From an uncultured Candidatus Saccharibacteria bacterium (GTDB taxonomy: Bacteria; Patescibacteriota; Doudnabacteria; UBA920): DNA of 64,000 bases. Both the position numbers and the translations under genes were made by a program. Below the pieces are notes generated by a model, which saw only the letters and a program-made list of their open reading frames with translations, was not told where the DNA came from and ran no database searches. This document shows, one piece after another, positions 1 through 12,262 of the stretch. Position 1 is the first letter of the stretch; each line of letters opens with the position of its first letter. Where the stretch lies: the NCBI GenBank assembly GCA_964648985.1, contig CAZYMS010000001.1, forward strand, positions 1,215-65,214, in the 5' to 3' direction.

Positions 1-1
1 C

Positions 2-2584
2 AGCTCTTCTGGCCTGTCCGCGCACGAAGCAATGCGGCGTATTGAGTATTTTGGCACAAACGAATTACCAAAACAAAAACCAGAATCGTATGCTCTAATT
101 TTTGCCCGCCAATTTGCGAGCCCCCTTATTTATCTTCTCCTCGGAGCCGCAGCCATTATTGCTGTTATGGGCGAGTATGTAGATGGGACCATTATTGCCA
201 TAGTGCTATTGCTCAACGCTATTATTGGTAGCATACAAGAAGGAAGGGCAGTTAAAACACTGAACAGCCTTACCAAACTTATCACCACCAAAGCAACCGT
301 ACTTAGAGAAGGACAGGAAATAATAGTCCTTGATAAGGAACTAGTGCCGGGAGACATAATTATACTGCGAGAAGGAGAAAAAGTACCGGCTGACTGCAGA
401 ATACTTGAGCAATCTTCGCTTAAAGTAAACGAATCCGCCATAACTGGCGAATCGGTTTCTGTAGAAAAAAATACTGAGGTTATTGCCGCAAAGGGAACAA
501 CACTACCCCTACCCGACCAACATAATATGCTTTTTTGCGGCACATTAGTCACCTCCGGAAACGCTAAAGCAGTAGTAGTAACAACAGGGGCACACACGGT
601 AATGGGCAGGATATCGGGCAGCATACAACACATTCAGCGTGAGATACCCCTTCAGCGACAAATTCGCCACTTGGCCAATATACTTATAGTAATGGTGCTG
701 TTCTGCAGTATAGTTTTGTTTCTGGTAGGGCTTGTCCGAGGCATGGAAGTGCGAGAGATATTTGGCACTGTTGTATCCTTAGCTGTGTCCATTATCCCAG
801 AAGGATTACCAATCGCCGTTACACTCATACTCGCTAGTGGTGTATGGCGCATGAGCAAACGTAATGCTCTCGTAAAAAAACTGCAGGCCATAGAGGCATT
901 GGGCCAAGTTGATGTTATAGCCGTAGACAAAACTGGCACACTTACTCAAAACGAAATGACAGTTGTAGGAGTGTTTATAGACAAAGACTCTTACAGCTTT
1001 AGCGGAAGTGGATACGAAGAGCCTGGAGAAGTATTCCTAAATGGTAGTCCCGTAACTCCAAGCGAACACCCCGCACTACTGATGGCGGGAAGAGTGTTTG
1101 CTCTATGCGGCGCGGCGCGCATTTCAAAGGAAGCAGATACCGGAGCCGTAGTAATTGCAGGCGACCCCACAGATGCAGCGCTCGTTATTGCTGCTAAAAA
1201 GTTAGGATTCATACGGGACGAACTCATTGCAGAACACCCACTTATAGAAGAGTTACCCTTTGATTACCGGAGGAAGTTTCATGCTACTGTCCACCAAATA
1301 GGAAAACAATATTTTCTTTCTGCGGTCGGTGCCACTGAAAGCATACTTGCGTTGTGCGATACCCCTAACAAAAAATCTATATTACTTAAAGCGAGTAGTC
1401 AGAGCAAGAAAGGATTGCGCGTTTTAGCTTATGCCTACGCCAATAAGGCGAAACCAACTGCGACTAATGACCTTCCCAAGCTTACATTTGGCGGACTTAT
1501 ATGCATGGTCGACCCTCTTCAGGTGGAAGTGCCAAACGCAGTGGCAGCATTACAGGGAGCCGGCATACGAATAGCCATGCTCACGGGTGATAATGCAGTA
1601 ACAGCAAAAGCAATTGCCGAAGCAGCGGGTATATATACCGAAGGAAGCAAGGTATTAACGAGTAGCGAACTCTATAAGCTTTCAAAAAGCGAACTCGCTT
1701 CACACTTGCATAACACATCTGTATTTGCCCGGGTAACCCCAGAGGACAAGCTACACCTCATAGAGAGCTATAGCAGAGCTCGTCTCACCGCCGCCATGAC
1801 TGGAGATGGTGTAAATGACGCCCCCGCGCTCATTGCGGCAGATATTGGTATGGCCATGGGCAGAAAAGGGACTGAAGTAGCAAAAGAAGCCGCAGACATA
1901 GTGCTGCTGGACGACAATTTTACCACAATTGTTGCCGCAGTTGAGGAAGGTCGTAGCATTTATCTCACCATAAAAAAGGTTCTTCTGTATCTTTTCTCTA
2001 CTTCGATTGGAGAATTATTGGCCGTAAGCGTATCAGTATTCCTGGGCCTCCCCCTACCAGTCATAGCCGTACAGATTATTTGGCTTAATTTTGTAACAGA
2101 TGGCTTCCTCACTGTTGCGCTAGGCATGGAATCTAAAGAGTCTGACCTACTGAGCAAACCATTTAAGAAACCAGGAAGATTTTTACTTGCGCGCCACGAT
2201 CTTGCGCGCATGATATTTATGGGTACGGTAATGGCGGTAGCAACGCTCTATGTATTTATTACAAGCCCCGCAGACTTATTGTATAGACAAACCCTTGCAC
2301 TTACCTTACTCGCCGTAATTCAATGGCTTAATGCTTGGAACTGTCGGAGTGAAAAAAGTATATTTGCAAGCAAGCCATGGAAGAACCCCTGGCTCATACT
2401 TGCTACCACCACGGTTGCAGGCCTACAACTTCTTGCAGTATATTGGGAACCGTTCCAAAGAATACTTAAAACTACTGCACTTACAACCCATGACTGGGGC
2501 ACCGTGCTTTTGTTCAGCCTGTCCATAATTGTAGCCGACGAACTCTACAAGCTCATTCGCTGGCTATTTAAGAAACGATCCTAA
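2..2584 (+). CDS. P-type cation-transporting ATPase (P2/Ca2+-Mg2+-type), 5'-partial (continues upstream of window)
   Basis: DKTGTLT phosphorylation motif, TGDN and GDGVNDAPAL hinge motifs, and 8-10 predicted TM helices. The reading frame upstream of the ORF-track Met is open to base 2 and encodes GLSAHEA, matching the usual GLS..EA..RL..YG.NEL N-terminus, so the true start is off-window. Confidence 0.9.
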   Translation, partial: SSSGLSAHEAMRRIEYFGTNELPKQKPESYALIFARQFASPLIYLLLGAAAIIAVMGEYVDGTIIAIVLLLNAIIGSIQEGRAVKTLNSLTKLITTKATVLREGQEIIVLDKELVPGDIIILREGEKVPADCRILEQSSLKVNESAITGESVSVEKNTEVIAAKGTTLPLPDQHNMLFCGTLVTSGNAKAVVVTTGAHTVMGRISGSIQHIQREIPLQRQIRHLANILIVMVLFCSIVLFLVGLVRGMEVREIFGTVVSLAVSIIPEGLPIAVTLILASGVWRMSKRNALVKKLQAIEALGQVDVIAVDKTGTLTQNEMTVVGVFIDKDSYSFSGSGYEEPGEVFLNGSPVTPSEHPALLMAGRVFALCGAARISKEADTGAVVIAGDPTDAALVIAAKKLGFIRDELIAEHPLIEELPFDYRRKFHATVHQIGKQYFLSAVGATESILALCDTPNKKSILLKASSQSKKGLRVLAYAYANKAKPTATNDLPKLTFGGLICMVDPLQVEVPNAVAALQGAGIRIAMLTGDNAVTAKAIAEAAGIYTEGSKVLTSSELYKLSKSELASHLHNTSVFARVTPEDKLHLIESYSRARLTAAMTGDGVNDAPALIAADIGMAMGRKGTEVAKEAADIVLLDDNFTTIVAAVEEGRSIYLTIKKVLLYLFSTSIGELLAVSVSVFLGLPLPVIAVQIIWLNFVTDGFLTVALGMESKESDLLSKPFKKPGRFLLARHDLARMIFMGTVMAVATLYVFITSPADLLYRQTLALTLLAVIQWLNAWNCRSEKSIFASKPWKNPWLILATTTVAGLQLLAVYWEPFQRILKTTALTTHDWGTVLLFSLSIIVADELYKLIRWLFKKRS

Positions 2585-2674
2585 CGATCGTTTTTTTGTT
2601 CTTGTCCTTATTCGCGCGAATAGTGCCTCAAGGGTTTTGAATTCGCTACAAAGGTAATCCTTGCAGGGGTACGT

Positions 2675-4519
2675 TTGACAAAGAAGAGAGAAATAAGTAG
2701 AATCCTTTTTATGCGCTACACACTACAAAAGGACGCGCTGCTGGAAGCTGCGCGGAGCCACCTGGCGGAAGTCAGGGAAATTTTACAAAACAAGCTTGCG
2801 AAAGCTAAAGAAAATATTGGTGTATATAAGGAAAAGGTTAAAAAACTAAGTCCACCAGACCTTTACACCGCCCAGAGTCTTTTGAAAAAGAATGAACAGC
2901 TGGTAGAAGTGGCCAACGCACTCTATCCCTCACCATATTTTATAAAATGCACAGTTCAGTTCGACAGCCAAGAGAGTAGTCGGATTTTTTATTTCTCAAA
3001 ATTTGCCTTAGCAGAAGAAAATATTTATTCGTGGACCAGCCCTGCTGCAGTCCTTCGGTTTCAAGAACCCGGAACATTTGCCTACGCCTCGCCCGACGGA
3101 ACACAAAAAGGAACACTCCAAGAAAAAGAACAATACCTTATTACTGAGGGACACATTGTGTTCATGGCTGCTGAGAGCACCGAATACGCACGGCAACTTA
3201 TATATCAGGAACACTTCTCTAAACGCAAAACAGACTTTTTGTTACCAGAAATAGTGGAACAGATGGAAGCAGCGCAAGATAAAGCTATCCGCACAGCCCC
3301 ATCACGAAGCTTACTCATTGCCGGGCCCGCTGGATCTGGCAAAACCACTTTGGCACTACACCGCGTGGCCTACCTCCTCCAATCCCCAGACACTGCAGAG
3401 CGATTCACTGCGGAACGTACTTTAGTACTGGTAAATGACCACGGCACCCAGAAATACTTTGCAATGCTCTTACCTGAGCTCGGTATTACTAACGTGGCCA
3501 TAACAACTTTTGCCGACTTTGTATTAGAGAATATTGGACTACATGCATATACATACCAACCAATTGTAGGAGCTACGGAATACGAGCGCAACACATATGC
3601 GCACGAAAAAAATAGTGCTCTACAGGGTAGAGATGCAGTTACATACACCACAAACCCGTGGTCTGTACTCAAAACTACCTATGCAAATATTTTTAATGGT
3701 GAATATAGCTACTTACTTCGCGAGCAAGAATCTAGAAAAGTGCTCGACCGGTTCGATGTAACGCTTTTATTTCGGGCCTATTTGAATACTTTCGGCGGAC
3801 TCACTAACTACGAGACTGAGTACACACAGCTCAAAGGCGGAAAGGTCAGGCGCACAAAAAAGGCAGTATCAAAACAATATTCTCTCGTAATTTTAGATGA
3901 AGTACAAAACTATCTACCCGAGCAACTCCGGCTCATAGCGCAGTGTATTTCATCTGATGGGTCCTGCGTATATGTAGGCGATTTAGCACAACAAACCAAA
4001 CTGTTTACAATTCGGAACTGGGACCAAGTAGGGCAAGATTTTTCGGAAGAAAATACGGTCAGACTTCAAAAAGTATACCGTTCCACTAAACAAATATTGG
4101 AATACATACAAAACCAAGGATTCTCTGTGTCAATTCCTGAGCAAAGCCGTGAAGGAAAAGCCGTGGAGACCTATCAGTATTCTTCGCGTGCCGATATGGA
4201 CGCATTCATAGAAACTATCATAAACAGAAATGCAAATGTAACAATAGGTATATTAACTCTAGATCAAGAAACTGCACATGCGCACAGGGACAAGTACGCA
4301 AAGGCTGGCAATGTAAAAACGCTGAGCATTTCCGAAGCCCAAGGAGTAGAATTTGATGTCGTTATACTTTGCGATTTGAATAAGCTTGCTCAACAGCATG
4401 GTAAATACCCAGAAAACTTAGCATTACAAATTGCTGAAGTTAGTCGCGACTTACTCTATGTTGCCCTCACTCGGGCCATGAATGAACTATATATAGTAAA
4501 TGCAGCTCCGAATATATAA
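2675..4519 (+). CDS. SF1 UvrD-like helicase of the HelD (helicase IV) type
   Basis: N-terminal PYF...FYF...W.SP motif block typical of HelD. Walker A LIAGPAGSGKTT, Walker B VILDEV, and a C-terminal UvrD-like motif VALTRAMNELYIV. Confidence 0.6.
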   Translation: MTKKREISRILFMRYTLQKDALLEAARSHLAEVREILQNKLAKAKENIGVYKEKVKKLSPPDLYTAQSLLKKNEQLVEVANALYPSPYFIKCTVQFDSQESSRIFYFSKFALAEENIYSWTSPAAVLRFQEPGTFAYASPDGTQKGTLQEKEQYLITEGHIVFMAAESTEYARQLIYQEHFSKRKTDFLLPEIVEQMEAAQDKAIRTAPSRSLLIAGPAGSGKTTLALHRVAYLLQSPDTAERFTAERTLVLVNDHGTQKYFAMLLPELGITNVAITTFADFVLENIGLHAYTYQPIVGATEYERNTYAHEKNSALQGRDAVTYTTNPWSVLKTTYANIFNGEYSYLLREQESRKVLDRFDVTLLFRAYLNTFGGLTNYETEYTQLKGGKVRRTKKAVSKQYSLVILDEVQNYLPEQLRLIAQCISSDGSCVYVGDLAQQTKLFTIRNWDQVGQDFSEENTVRLQKVYRSTKQILEYIQNQGFSVSIPEQSREGKAVETYQYSSRADMDAFIETIINRNANVTIGILTLDQETAHAHRDKYAKAGNVKTLSISEAQGVEFDVVILCDLNKLAQQHGKYPENLALQIAEVSRDLLYVALTRAMNELYIVNAAPNI

Positions 4520-4715
4520 CGTCTGATTTCTTATTAAGGTAAGTATTAATTATATTTTTCATGAAACCCTCAGTCATTCCCGCGAACGCGGGGTTTGGGT
4601 CGGCTTACCAGCTGACACGTACTAAATGCGCCGTGAGAACGGCACTGGATTCCCGCATACACGGGAATGACAATACTTTTGGAAGGAACCTATTAGATAT
4701 TAGGAATTAGGCAAT

Positions 4716-4745
4716 AAAAAAGCCGCCTTTGTAGGCGGCTTTTTT
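4716..4745. terminator. Bidirectional intrinsic terminator (A6-GCCGCCT-TTGT-AGGCGGC-T6)
   Basis: Perfect 7-bp GC-rich stem flanked by an A-run and a T-run, immediately 3' of the rpoC stop and downstream of the helicase gene. Confidence 0.7.
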
Positions 4746-4752
4746 GAAACTA

Positions 4753-7700
4753 CTATTCCATATCATCGGATGACGAATCGGACATAGGAGCAGGAGCTGA
4801 GGCAATACTTTCAGCCATCTCCATACCCGAAAAACTATCCATAGTCGGCTGGAACATTTCATCCGCTTCAGGAAGGGCTTTGTCTTTATTAAAGCCAGTA
4901 CCAGCAGGAATGAGCTTACCAATGATTACATTTTCTTTCAGGCCACGGAGGTAATCTGTTTGCGCAGTCACCGCTGCGGAAATAAGTACGCGCGTAGTTT
5001 CCTGGAACGAAGCCGCAGCAAGCCACGAGTCAGTATTCAAAGAGGTCTTGGTAATACCCATGAGAAGCTGCTCGAATTTAGCCGGACGCAGACCTTGTTC
5101 GCGAATTTGCGCATTTATTTCACGAAGCCTAGAGGAGTCAACTGTTTCGCCCACTAAGAGGCTGGTGTCTCCTGAGTCAGTAATGCGAACCTTGGAGAAC
5201 ATTTGGCGAACAATAATCTCGATGTGCTTTTCGTTAATAGATGCACCTTGAGAAGAATATACTTCTTGAGCACCCTTAACTATATAGTCTTGAGCGGCTT
5301 CAGTTCCACGGAGCTGCAATACCTGTTCTGGATTCAAGCTACCTTCCGTAAGCGCCTGACCTTTTACCACCAGGTCGCCGTCTTGCACCTTCAGTCTAAA
5401 CGCGGCAGGGAGTACATATTCTTTGAGCTGATCGCTTTCGTGTACCACGACAATTTTACCAGCTTCTACACGAGCAATACCAGTGTTGGTCGCTTTAACA
5501 GCGCCGCCACTCGCGTCCATATATAGCACCTCGCCATCACTCACCTTTTCACCATCACGTATGCTGGTGTGGACACCGTCCGGCAGTGCAAACGTATCTT
5601 TTGCTACATCGGCAGACTGAATACGAACCAAGTACTCTTTACTGCTCGTTTTTGTTATATACACCTGACCATCTATTTCAGCCATGGTTGCCTGGGCCTT
5701 TGGGTTGCGAGCTTCAAACAATTCTTCTACACGAGGCAAACCTTGGGTAATATCTTCAGCAGAGAAGGCACCACCACTGTGGAAGGTACGCATAGTCAGC
5801 TGGGTAGCAGGTTCACCGATACTTTGCGCAGCTACAATTCCTACTGCACTTCCAAGCTCAACCATACGGTTAAACCCTAAGTCAAAACCGTAGCAAAGGC
5901 GACAAATGCCACGAGTAAGACGGCACTTCAGCACTGAGCGGCACTTTACTTCAAGAATATCTGTGTACTCTTCAGCAATTTTCTTTGCCATGAGCTCGTC
6001 TATTGGTTCGTTGCGCTTAAGCACAACTGCACCACCAGACAACACGTCCTCAGCTACAATCAAGCCGAAGAGACGCTTATCATATGAGCGATTTGTTGGT
6101 ACGGATTCTGTGCGAGCAATAACAGAAAACTCGTCTGTACCACAATCTTCAGCGTTAATAACAATATCCTGCGCAACGTCAACAAGACGGCGAGTAAGAT
6201 ACCCTGCATCAGCAGTTTTAAGCGCAGTATCAGACATACCTTTTCGGCTACCGTGAGTAGAGATAAAGTACTCCAAAACCTGGAGACCCTCTTTAAACCC
6301 ACCACGAACTGGAAGCTCAATAACAGCGCCAGATGGGTTTACCACAAGACCTTTCATACCTGCCATCTGAGTTAGCTGGGAAACAGAACCGCGACCACCA
6401 GACGAGAAAATATAATCTACTGAACTGTGTTCGCGTACAGTTTTAGCAACTTCTTTACCCACTGCTTCAGAAACACCAGCCCAAATTTCAATAACACGGC
6501 CAGAACGCTCTTCATCGGTTAACAATCCTTCTCGGAATTGCTCGTACGCAGCTTCTACTTCTTTATCTGCAGCTTCGAGGAACGCTGACTTGGTTTCAGG
6601 AACACGCAAATCATCCATACCCCAGGATACGCCGGAGCGCTTCATGTAGGTAAAACCAGTACGTTTAATAGCGTCAATAAGCTCGGCAGTACGGTCAGCA
6701 CCAAGCAAACGGTATGCCTCGCGAACTAGTGCCTGAAGTTTTTTCTTGTCAAAAGTTTCATTACGATAACCAAGCTCTGCCGGTACAACTTTGTTGAATA
6801 TAAGACGACCAACAGAAGTTTCAAGCATGGTGCCATCCTCGAGCTGCACCTTTACCGGAGCTTGAATGTGCACGAAGCTATTGTTATAGGCAAGAACTGC
6901 TTCTTGTACAGAACTGAAAATTTTACCTTCACCCTTTGCACCAGGTCTTATCTTAGTAATGTAGTAGCACCCTACAACAACATCTTTATCGGGAGTCATA
7001 ACTGGGTCGCCTGAAGCAGGCTTCAGCAAATTGTGGGCACTTACCATAATTTCGCGAGCCTCACGCTGTGCAGGCTCGGTCAATGGCACATGCACAGCCA
7101 TTTGGTCACCATCAAAGTCAGCGTTAAATGCGGCACACACCATAGGGTGAAGCTGAATTGCTTTACCTTCAATAAGTACAGGTTGGAATGCCTGGAAACC
7201 AAGGCGGTGCAAGGTAGGAGCGCGGTTCAAAAGCACAAAGTGGTCTTTTGTGACCTCTTCCAAAATGTCATACACCTCAGTGCGACCCTGTTCTATGAGA
7301 CGGTTTGCACTACGTACGTTATGTGCATACTCACGAGCAATAAGCTTTGCAATAACAAATGGCTTAAAGAGTTCAAGGGCCATTTTCTTTGGCAAACCAC
7401 ATTGATGAAGTTTGAGTTCTGGACCCACCACAATAACCGAACGGCCAGAATAGTCTACACGCTTACCAAGCAAGTTCTGACGGAAGCGACCCTGTTTACC
7501 TTTGAGCATGTCTGCGAGCGAGCGAAGTTTTCGCTTCTGACCGGTTGAGGCAGTCACCTCTTTACCATGACGCACAGAGTTATCGATAAGAGCATCTACT
7601 GCTTCCTGCAGCATACGCTTTTCATTGCGCGTAATAACTTCTGGAGATTTTATCTCTATGAGTTTTTTAAGACGATTATTTCGGTTAATAACGCGGCGGT

Positions 7701-8724
7701 ATAAATCGTTCAAATCTGAAGCAGCAAAACGCCCCCCATCGAGCTGTACCATAGGGCGAAGGTCTGGAGGAATAACAGGAAGGTTGCCAATAAGCATCCA
7801 CTCCGGTCTGAGACCGGCGGCAATAAATGATTTTGCAACTTTAAGCCGACGAAGTGCCTTCTTCGCTGCTTGTCCTTCTAGGTTTTTTAAAGAAGCCTCA
7901 AGATCGCTTGCGAGGGTTTCAAGGTTTACTTCTTCAAGCAATCCCTTAAGACTTTCTGCACCAATACCAGCAGTAAATACTGGGCCATACTTCAATGACA
8001 AGTCGCGGTATTGCAATTCGGAAATAACCTGCATGCGGCGAATGCTTTTCAGCTCAGAGCGAGCCTGGTCACGAACCGACTCAAGGCTGGAAACCTCTTT
8101 TTGCCAGACATCTTTGAGGCGAGTAACTTCTGCGTCAATCTTAGCAGCGAGGACATCTACGTCTGTACCTTTACCATCCGCCTTCATTTGAGCACGGCCT
8201 TTTTCTATAAGCTGTTGATAGCGAGTTTCAATCTCTTTCTTTTTAGCCTTAAACTCATGCTCTATCTGCTCCATCATGCCAGTACGAGCTTCGTCATCTA
8301 CAGACGTAATAATATAGGCAGCAAAATAGACAACCTTTTCAAGTTCTTGCACACCAAGGTCAAGCATAAGACCAATGCGGCTTGGTACACCGCGAAGGAA
8401 CCAGATATGCGCCACTGGTACGGCCAATTTTATGTGGCCCATACGCTCGCGACGAACAGATGCCTTCGTAACTTCTACACCACACTTATCACAGACAATC
8501 CCCTTGTAGCGAATGCGTTTGTATTTACCGCAATAGCACTCCCAGTCTTTAATAGGACCGAAAATCTTTTCATCGAACAACCCTTCCTTTTCAGGACGTT
8601 GGGTGCGGTAATTAATTGTTTCCGGTTTTGTAACCTCGCCATGGGACCATGACAAGATAGTTTCCGGAGAGGCAAGCTTAATGCGAACCCCCTTGAATTC
8701 TTCAGTTGCTGTTTGGGTAAACAT
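4753..8724 (-). CDS. rpoC: DNA-directed RNA polymerase subunit beta'
   Basis: [14 protein letters not shown] catalytic motif, zinc-finger [23 protein letters not shown], and full-length collinearity with beta'. Confidence 0.97.
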   Translation of the reverse strand: MFTQTATEEFKGVRIKLASPETILSWSHGEVTKPETINYRTQRPEKEGLFDEKIFGPIKDWECYCGKYKRIRYKGIVCDKCGVEVTKASVRRERMGHIKLAVPVAHIWFLRGVPSRIGLMLDLGVQELEKVVYFAAYIITSVDDEARTGMMEQIEHEFKAKKKEIETRYQQLIEKGRAQMKADGKGTDVDVLAAKIDAEVTRLKDVWQKEVSSLESVRDQARSELKSIRRMQVISELQYRDLSLKYGPVFTAGIGAESLKGLLEEVNLETLASDLEASLKNLEGQAAKKALRRLKVAKSFIAAGLRPEWMLIGNLPVIPPDLRPMVQLDGGRFAASDLNDLYRRVINRNNRLKKLIEIKSPEVITRNEKRMLQEAVDALIDNSVRHGKEVTASTGQKRKLRSLADMLKGKQGRFRQNLLGKRVDYSGRSVIVVGPELKLHQCGLPKKMALELFKPFVIAKLIAREYAHNVRSANRLIEQGRTEVYDILEEVTKDHFVLLNRAPTLHRLGFQAFQPVLIEGKAIQLHPMVCAAFNADFDGDQMAVHVPLTEPAQREAREIMVSAHNLLKPASGDPVMTPDKDVVVGCYYITKIRPGAKGEGKIFSSVQEAVLAYNNSFVHIQAPVKVQLEDGTMLETSVGRLIFNKVVPAELGYRNETFDKKKLQALVREAYRLLGADRTAELIDAIKRTGFTYMKRSGVSWGMDDLRVPETKSAFLEAADKEVEAAYEQFREGLLTDEERSGRVIEIWAGVSEAVGKEVAKTVREHSSVDYIFSSGGRGSVSQLTQMAGMKGLVVNPSGAVIELPVRGGFKEGLQVLEYFISTHGSRKGMSDTALKTADAGYLTRRLVDVAQDIVINAEDCGTDEFSVIARTESVPTNRSYDKRLFGLIVAEDVLSGGAVVLKRNEPIDELMAKKIAEEYTDILEVKCRSVLKCRLTRGICRLCYGFDLGFNRMVELGSAVGIVAAQSIGEPATQLTMRTFHSGGAFSAEDITQGLPRVEELFEARNPKAQATMAEIDGQVYITKTSSKEYLVRIQSADVAKDTFALPDGVHTSIRDGEKVSDGEVLYMDASGGAVKATNTGIARVEAGKIVVVHESDQLKEYVLPAAFRLKVQDGDLVVKGQALTEGSLNPEQVLQLRGTEAAQDYIVKGAQEVYSSQGASINEKHIEIIVRQMFSKVRITDSGDTSLLVGETVDSSRLREINAQIREQGLRPAKFEQLLMGITKTSLNTDSWLAAASFQETTRVLISAAVTAQTDYLRGLKENVIIGKLIPAGTGFNKDKALPEADEMFQPTMDSFSGMEMAESIASAPAPMSDSSSDDME

Positions 8725-8737
8725 AGATTTAGTAAAA

Positions 8738-8767
8738 AGTTCTTAAAGTTTCTAAAGTTCTTAAAGC
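8738..8767. repeat. 9-mer direct repeat x3 (AGTTCTTAA / AGTTTCTAA) in the rpoB-rpoC spacer
   Basis: Read directly from the sequence: aagttcttaaagtttctaaagttcttaaag. Confidence 0.5.
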
Positions 8768-8803
8768 GTCACGAATGACTTGTTACTTTATGAACCTTAC
8801 GAA

Positions 8804-11800
8804 CTAGCGCTCCCGCGCCCCGTTATCACTGAAATCAAGCGGGGGCTCGACTATACCTGCTTGCTGACCTTCGGCCAGTTCACCGTCTATAGAAAGCTGA
8901 TCTTGATGCGTACCCAAGAGTTCCACATCGAGGCCTAAACTTTGTAGTTCTTTTACAAGTACACGGAAGCTTTCCGGTACATTCGGCTTCTTAATAGGCT
9001 CACCTTTTACAATAGATTCGTATGTTTTGCTACGACCCATAACGTCATCGGACTTTATAGTAAGCATTTCTTGAAGCGTATGTGCAGCGCCGTACCCTTC
9101 AAGCGCCCACACTTCCATTTCACCAAAACGCTGACCACCGAACTGTGCCTTACCACCAAGCGGCTGCTGGGTAATAAGCGAGTATGGCCCAATGCTTCTG
9201 GCATGCATCTTGTCATCTACCAAGTGGTGCAGTTTCATCATATATGCCACACCAACAGTGGTACGCTCATCAAATGGCTCTCCAGTTTTACCATCGTAGA
9301 GCTGTATTTTACCATCCTCAGGAAGACCTGCTTTGGCAAGTTCCTGTTTTATTTCTACTTCAGTGACACCATCGAGCACTGGGGTTGCAACCTTATAGCC
9401 AAGTTCACGGGCAGCCATACCGAGGTGGGTTTCCAAAATTTGACCGAGGTTCATACGACTCACCACACCAAGCGGGTTGAGGATTATATCTACCGGGCGA
9501 CCATCGGGCAAGAATGGCATATCTTCTACTGGTACAATCTTTGAAATAACACCTTTGTTTCCGTGACGGCCAGCCATCTTGTCACCAACCTGAATCTTGC
9601 GGATAACAGCGACTGATACCTGTATGGATCGAATAACGCCGGATGGAAGCTTGTCGCCTGCATCACGAGACCATTCGCGAATATTTACTACCTTTCCGTA
9701 TTCACCGTGAGGCAAGTTGAGAGAAGTATCTTTAACATCGCGAGACTTTTCACCAAAAATGACGCGAAGAAGTTTTTCTTCTGGAGTTAGGTCTGTTTCA
9801 CCTTTTGGTGTAATTTTACCAACCAGAATATCGCCAGCCTTAACCTGAGCACCAATGCGAATAACACCGTTCTCGTCTAAATCTTTGAGCTTTTCTTCAC
9901 CAACATTCGGGATATCGCGAGTAACTACTTCAGCACCTAGTTTGGTATCGCGAACATCTATCTTAAAATCTTCAATGTGAATAGAAGAATACCTGTCCTG
10001 CTGCACTAAGCGGCTGGAAAGGATGATGGCATCTTCAAAGTTGTAGCCATCCCAAGACAGGAAGGATACCAATACATTTTGTCCGAGTGCTAATTCTCCT
10101 TCTTCAGTAGAGGCACCATCTGCGAGAATATCACCGACATCAACTCTCTGACCGCGGGAAACACGAGGGATCTGGTTAATACAGGTACCGCTGTTTGTGC
10201 GAAGGAATTTGAGGAGCGGATATTCTTTCTTCTTTCCAGCATCGCTTGTTACTACTACCTTATCGCCCACCACCTGGGTCACCTCACCCGCTTCTTCAGC
10301 AACCACGACCGCACCACTATCACGAGCAGCCTTACGTTCCATTCCCGTACCAATAATGGCAGCCTGCGGCACCAAACAGCTTACCGCTTGACGTTGCATG
10401 TTGGACCCCATAAGCGCGCGGTTAGCATCGTCGTGTTCCAAAAATGGAATAAGTGATGTAGTAACGGAAATAATTTGCTTAGGAGAAAGGTCAACACAGT
10501 CTACATCTTCCGCTTCGCCAATGGTGGGCACGCTGCGCACACGCACCGGCACGCGACCCGGAACAAAATATCCTTCCGCATCTACCTCAACATTTGCTTG
10601 ACCAATGGTGAGCCGTTCTTCTTCGAACGCGTCGAGATATTCAATGGCGTCGGTTAAGCGACCACGGATTTGGATTTGTTCAAGATCCGGCACCTTCTGT
10701 AGTTCTTTTGCAAGCTTTTCAGTAATTTTTTCACCTGCGGCAACAATGGTTGTTTTGTCATGGACAATATCAAAACGAGAAAACTCTCCTATTGCCTCTT
10801 CGCCATTATTGCTCACGGTTTTGTGCACCATTCGATATGGAGTTTCTATAAACCCAAACTCGTTTACACGAGCATAGGTTGCAAGGTGAGATACAAGTCC
10901 AATGTTGGGTCCTTCTGGAGTCGTAATAGGACACAGACGACCATAATGGGAACGATGTACATCACGTACTTCAAAACCTGCGCGCTCACGAGACAAACCA
11001 CCAGGCCCCATAGCAGAGAGGCGACGCTTATGTTCGAGCTCAGCCAAAGGATTGGTCTGGTCCATAAACTGGGAAAGCTGAGAAGAAGAGAAAAACTCTT
11101 GCGTTGCCGCCACTACTGGACGAACATGAATGAGCTGTGCCGGAGTAACAGTTTCAAGGTCAGCCAGCGACATGCGGTCGCGAGCAATACGAGCCATACG
11201 AGCAAGACCTACACGATAGCGCGTCTGAATAAGTTCACCAACTGCGCGAACACGGCGATTAGAGAGATGGTCAATATCGTCAGCCTGGTCTTGGGTATTA
11301 TTTAAACGAATAACTTCGCGGACAGTAGACACCATATCCTCTTTCGTCAGAATAGGACTAGCATTGTCCTGAGGGAAACCCATGCGCTGATTAAACTTAT
11401 AGCGGCCAACTTCGGAAAGATCGTATCGCTCGAAGTTAAAGAACATTGCAGAAATGAGACTACGAGCATTATCTACGGTCGCCAGATCACCAGGTCGAAC
11501 ACGCTTGTACACTTCGCGGAACCCTTCGTCTGCGTTACTGCTTGCATCTTTTTCTAGAGACGCCTGAATGTACTTTGTCTCAGGATCGGTATCTATATCT
11601 TTAAAGGCTTCGAGAATCTCCTCGTTGCTGGACAAACCAAATACACGTAACAGGGCAGTTACTGGAATACGGCGCTTTCGGTCTATTTTTACACCAATAA
11701 CATTTGATGCGTCTGTATCGAGCTCAAGCCATGCACCACGATTAGGAATAACCTTAGCGCCATAGAGGTTCTTACCGCGGAAGTTTTCGCTGCTAAAAAA

Positions 11801-12262
11801 TACTCCGGGAGACTTTATGAGCTGACTTACCACAACACGCTCTACACCATTTATGATGAATGTACCGCGAGGAGTCATAATAGGAAAATCACCAAAGTAC
11901 ACGTCTTGTGTCTTGGTTTTTCCAGTGAGCTTATTTACGAGCTTGGCAGAAACGTAGAGAGGTGCCTCAAATGTGGCGTTGCGCTCTCTGGCCAACACTT
12001 CATCGAACTTGGGTTTATCGAAATAATAATCACCAAACGACAATTCCAGATTTTTTCCGGTGAAATCACGAATGGGATTAATTTCGTTTAAGAGCTCTTT
12101 TAAGCCCTTTTCAAAAAACCAGCGATATGAATTCAGCTGAACCTCGATTAAATTCGGAAGGTTAAGCATTTCATGGGTACGTCCAAAAAAGTTGCGCTTT
12201 TGTTGGACTTCAGTACCGCCAGCCTGTGCTACCTGCACTGCTATCTTCGGCTTGCTTGGCAT
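8804..12262 (-). CDS. rpoB: DNA-directed RNA polymerase subunit beta
   Basis: Full-length beta-subunit homology, including the [18 protein letters not shown] and NADFDGD-partner regions. Lies immediately upstream of rpoC. Confidence 0.97.
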   Translation of the reverse strand: MPSKPKIAVQVAQAGGTEVQQKRNFFGRTHEMLNLPNLIEVQLNSYRWFFEKGLKELLNEINPIRDFTGKNLELSFGDYYFDKPKFDEVLARERNATFEAPLYVSAKLVNKLTGKTKTQDVYFGDFPIMTPRGTFIINGVERVVVSQLIKSPGVFFSSENFRGKNLYGAKVIPNRGAWLELDTDASNVIGVKIDRKRRIPVTALLRVFGLSSNEEILEAFKDIDTDPETKYIQASLEKDASSNADEGFREVYKRVRPGDLATVDNARSLISAMFFNFERYDLSEVGRYKFNQRMGFPQDNASPILTKEDMVSTVREVIRLNNTQDQADDIDHLSNRRVRAVGELIQTRYRVGLARMARIARDRMSLADLETVTPAQLIHVRPVVAATQEFFSSSQLSQFMDQTNPLAELEHKRRLSAMGPGGLSRERAGFEVRDVHRSHYGRLCPITTPEGPNIGLVSHLATYARVNEFGFIETPYRMVHKTVSNNGEEAIGEFSRFDIVHDKTTIVAAGEKITEKLAKELQKVPDLEQIQIRGRLTDAIEYLDAFEEERLTIGQANVEVDAEGYFVPGRVPVRVRSVPTIGEAEDVDCVDLSPKQIISVTTSLIPFLEHDDANRALMGSNMQRQAVSCLVPQAAIIGTGMERKAARDSGAVVVAEEAGEVTQVVGDKVVVTSDAGKKKEYPLLKFLRTNSGTCINQIPRVSRGQRVDVGDILADGASTEEGELALGQNVLVSFLSWDGYNFEDAIILSSRLVQQDRYSSIHIEDFKIDVRDTKLGAEVVTRDIPNVGEEKLKDLDENGVIRIGAQVKAGDILVGKITPKGETDLTPEEKLLRVIFGEKSRDVKDTSLNLPHGEYGKVVNIREWSRDAGDKLPSGVIRSIQVSVAVIRKIQVGDKMAGRHGNKGVISKIVPVEDMPFLPDGRPVDIILNPLGVVSRMNLGQILETHLGMAARELGYKVATPVLDGVTEVEIKQELAKAGLPEDGKIQLYDGKTGEPFDERTTVGVAYMMKLHHLVDDKMHARSIGPYSLITQQPLGGKAQFGGQRFGEMEVWALEGYGAAHTLQEMLTIKSDDVMGRSKTYESIVKGEPIKKPNVPESFRVLVKELQSLGLDVELLGTHQDQLSIDGELAEGQQAGIVEPPLDFSDNGARER

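Noticed and set aside
2331-2528. 65-aa plus-strand ORF in an alternative frame inside the P-type ATPase gene
   Set aside because: Fully embedded in a strongly supported CDS. No independent evidence.
4573-4671. Possible SRP (4.5S) RNA, because of UUACCAG and CCCGC-AACGC-like strings
   Set aside because: Lacks the conserved domain-IV GGAAGGAAGCAGC-type motif and the helix-8 asymmetric loops. Better explained as a palindromic repeat element with a relative inside polA.
4960-8675. Multiple plus-strand ORFs of 60-210 aa inside rpoC. The same occurs inside rpoB (9071-11765), the ClpB-like gene, polA and the giant gene.
   Set aside because: Shadow ORFs antisense to strongly supported long genes. 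Low-complexity translations with no recognisable motifs.
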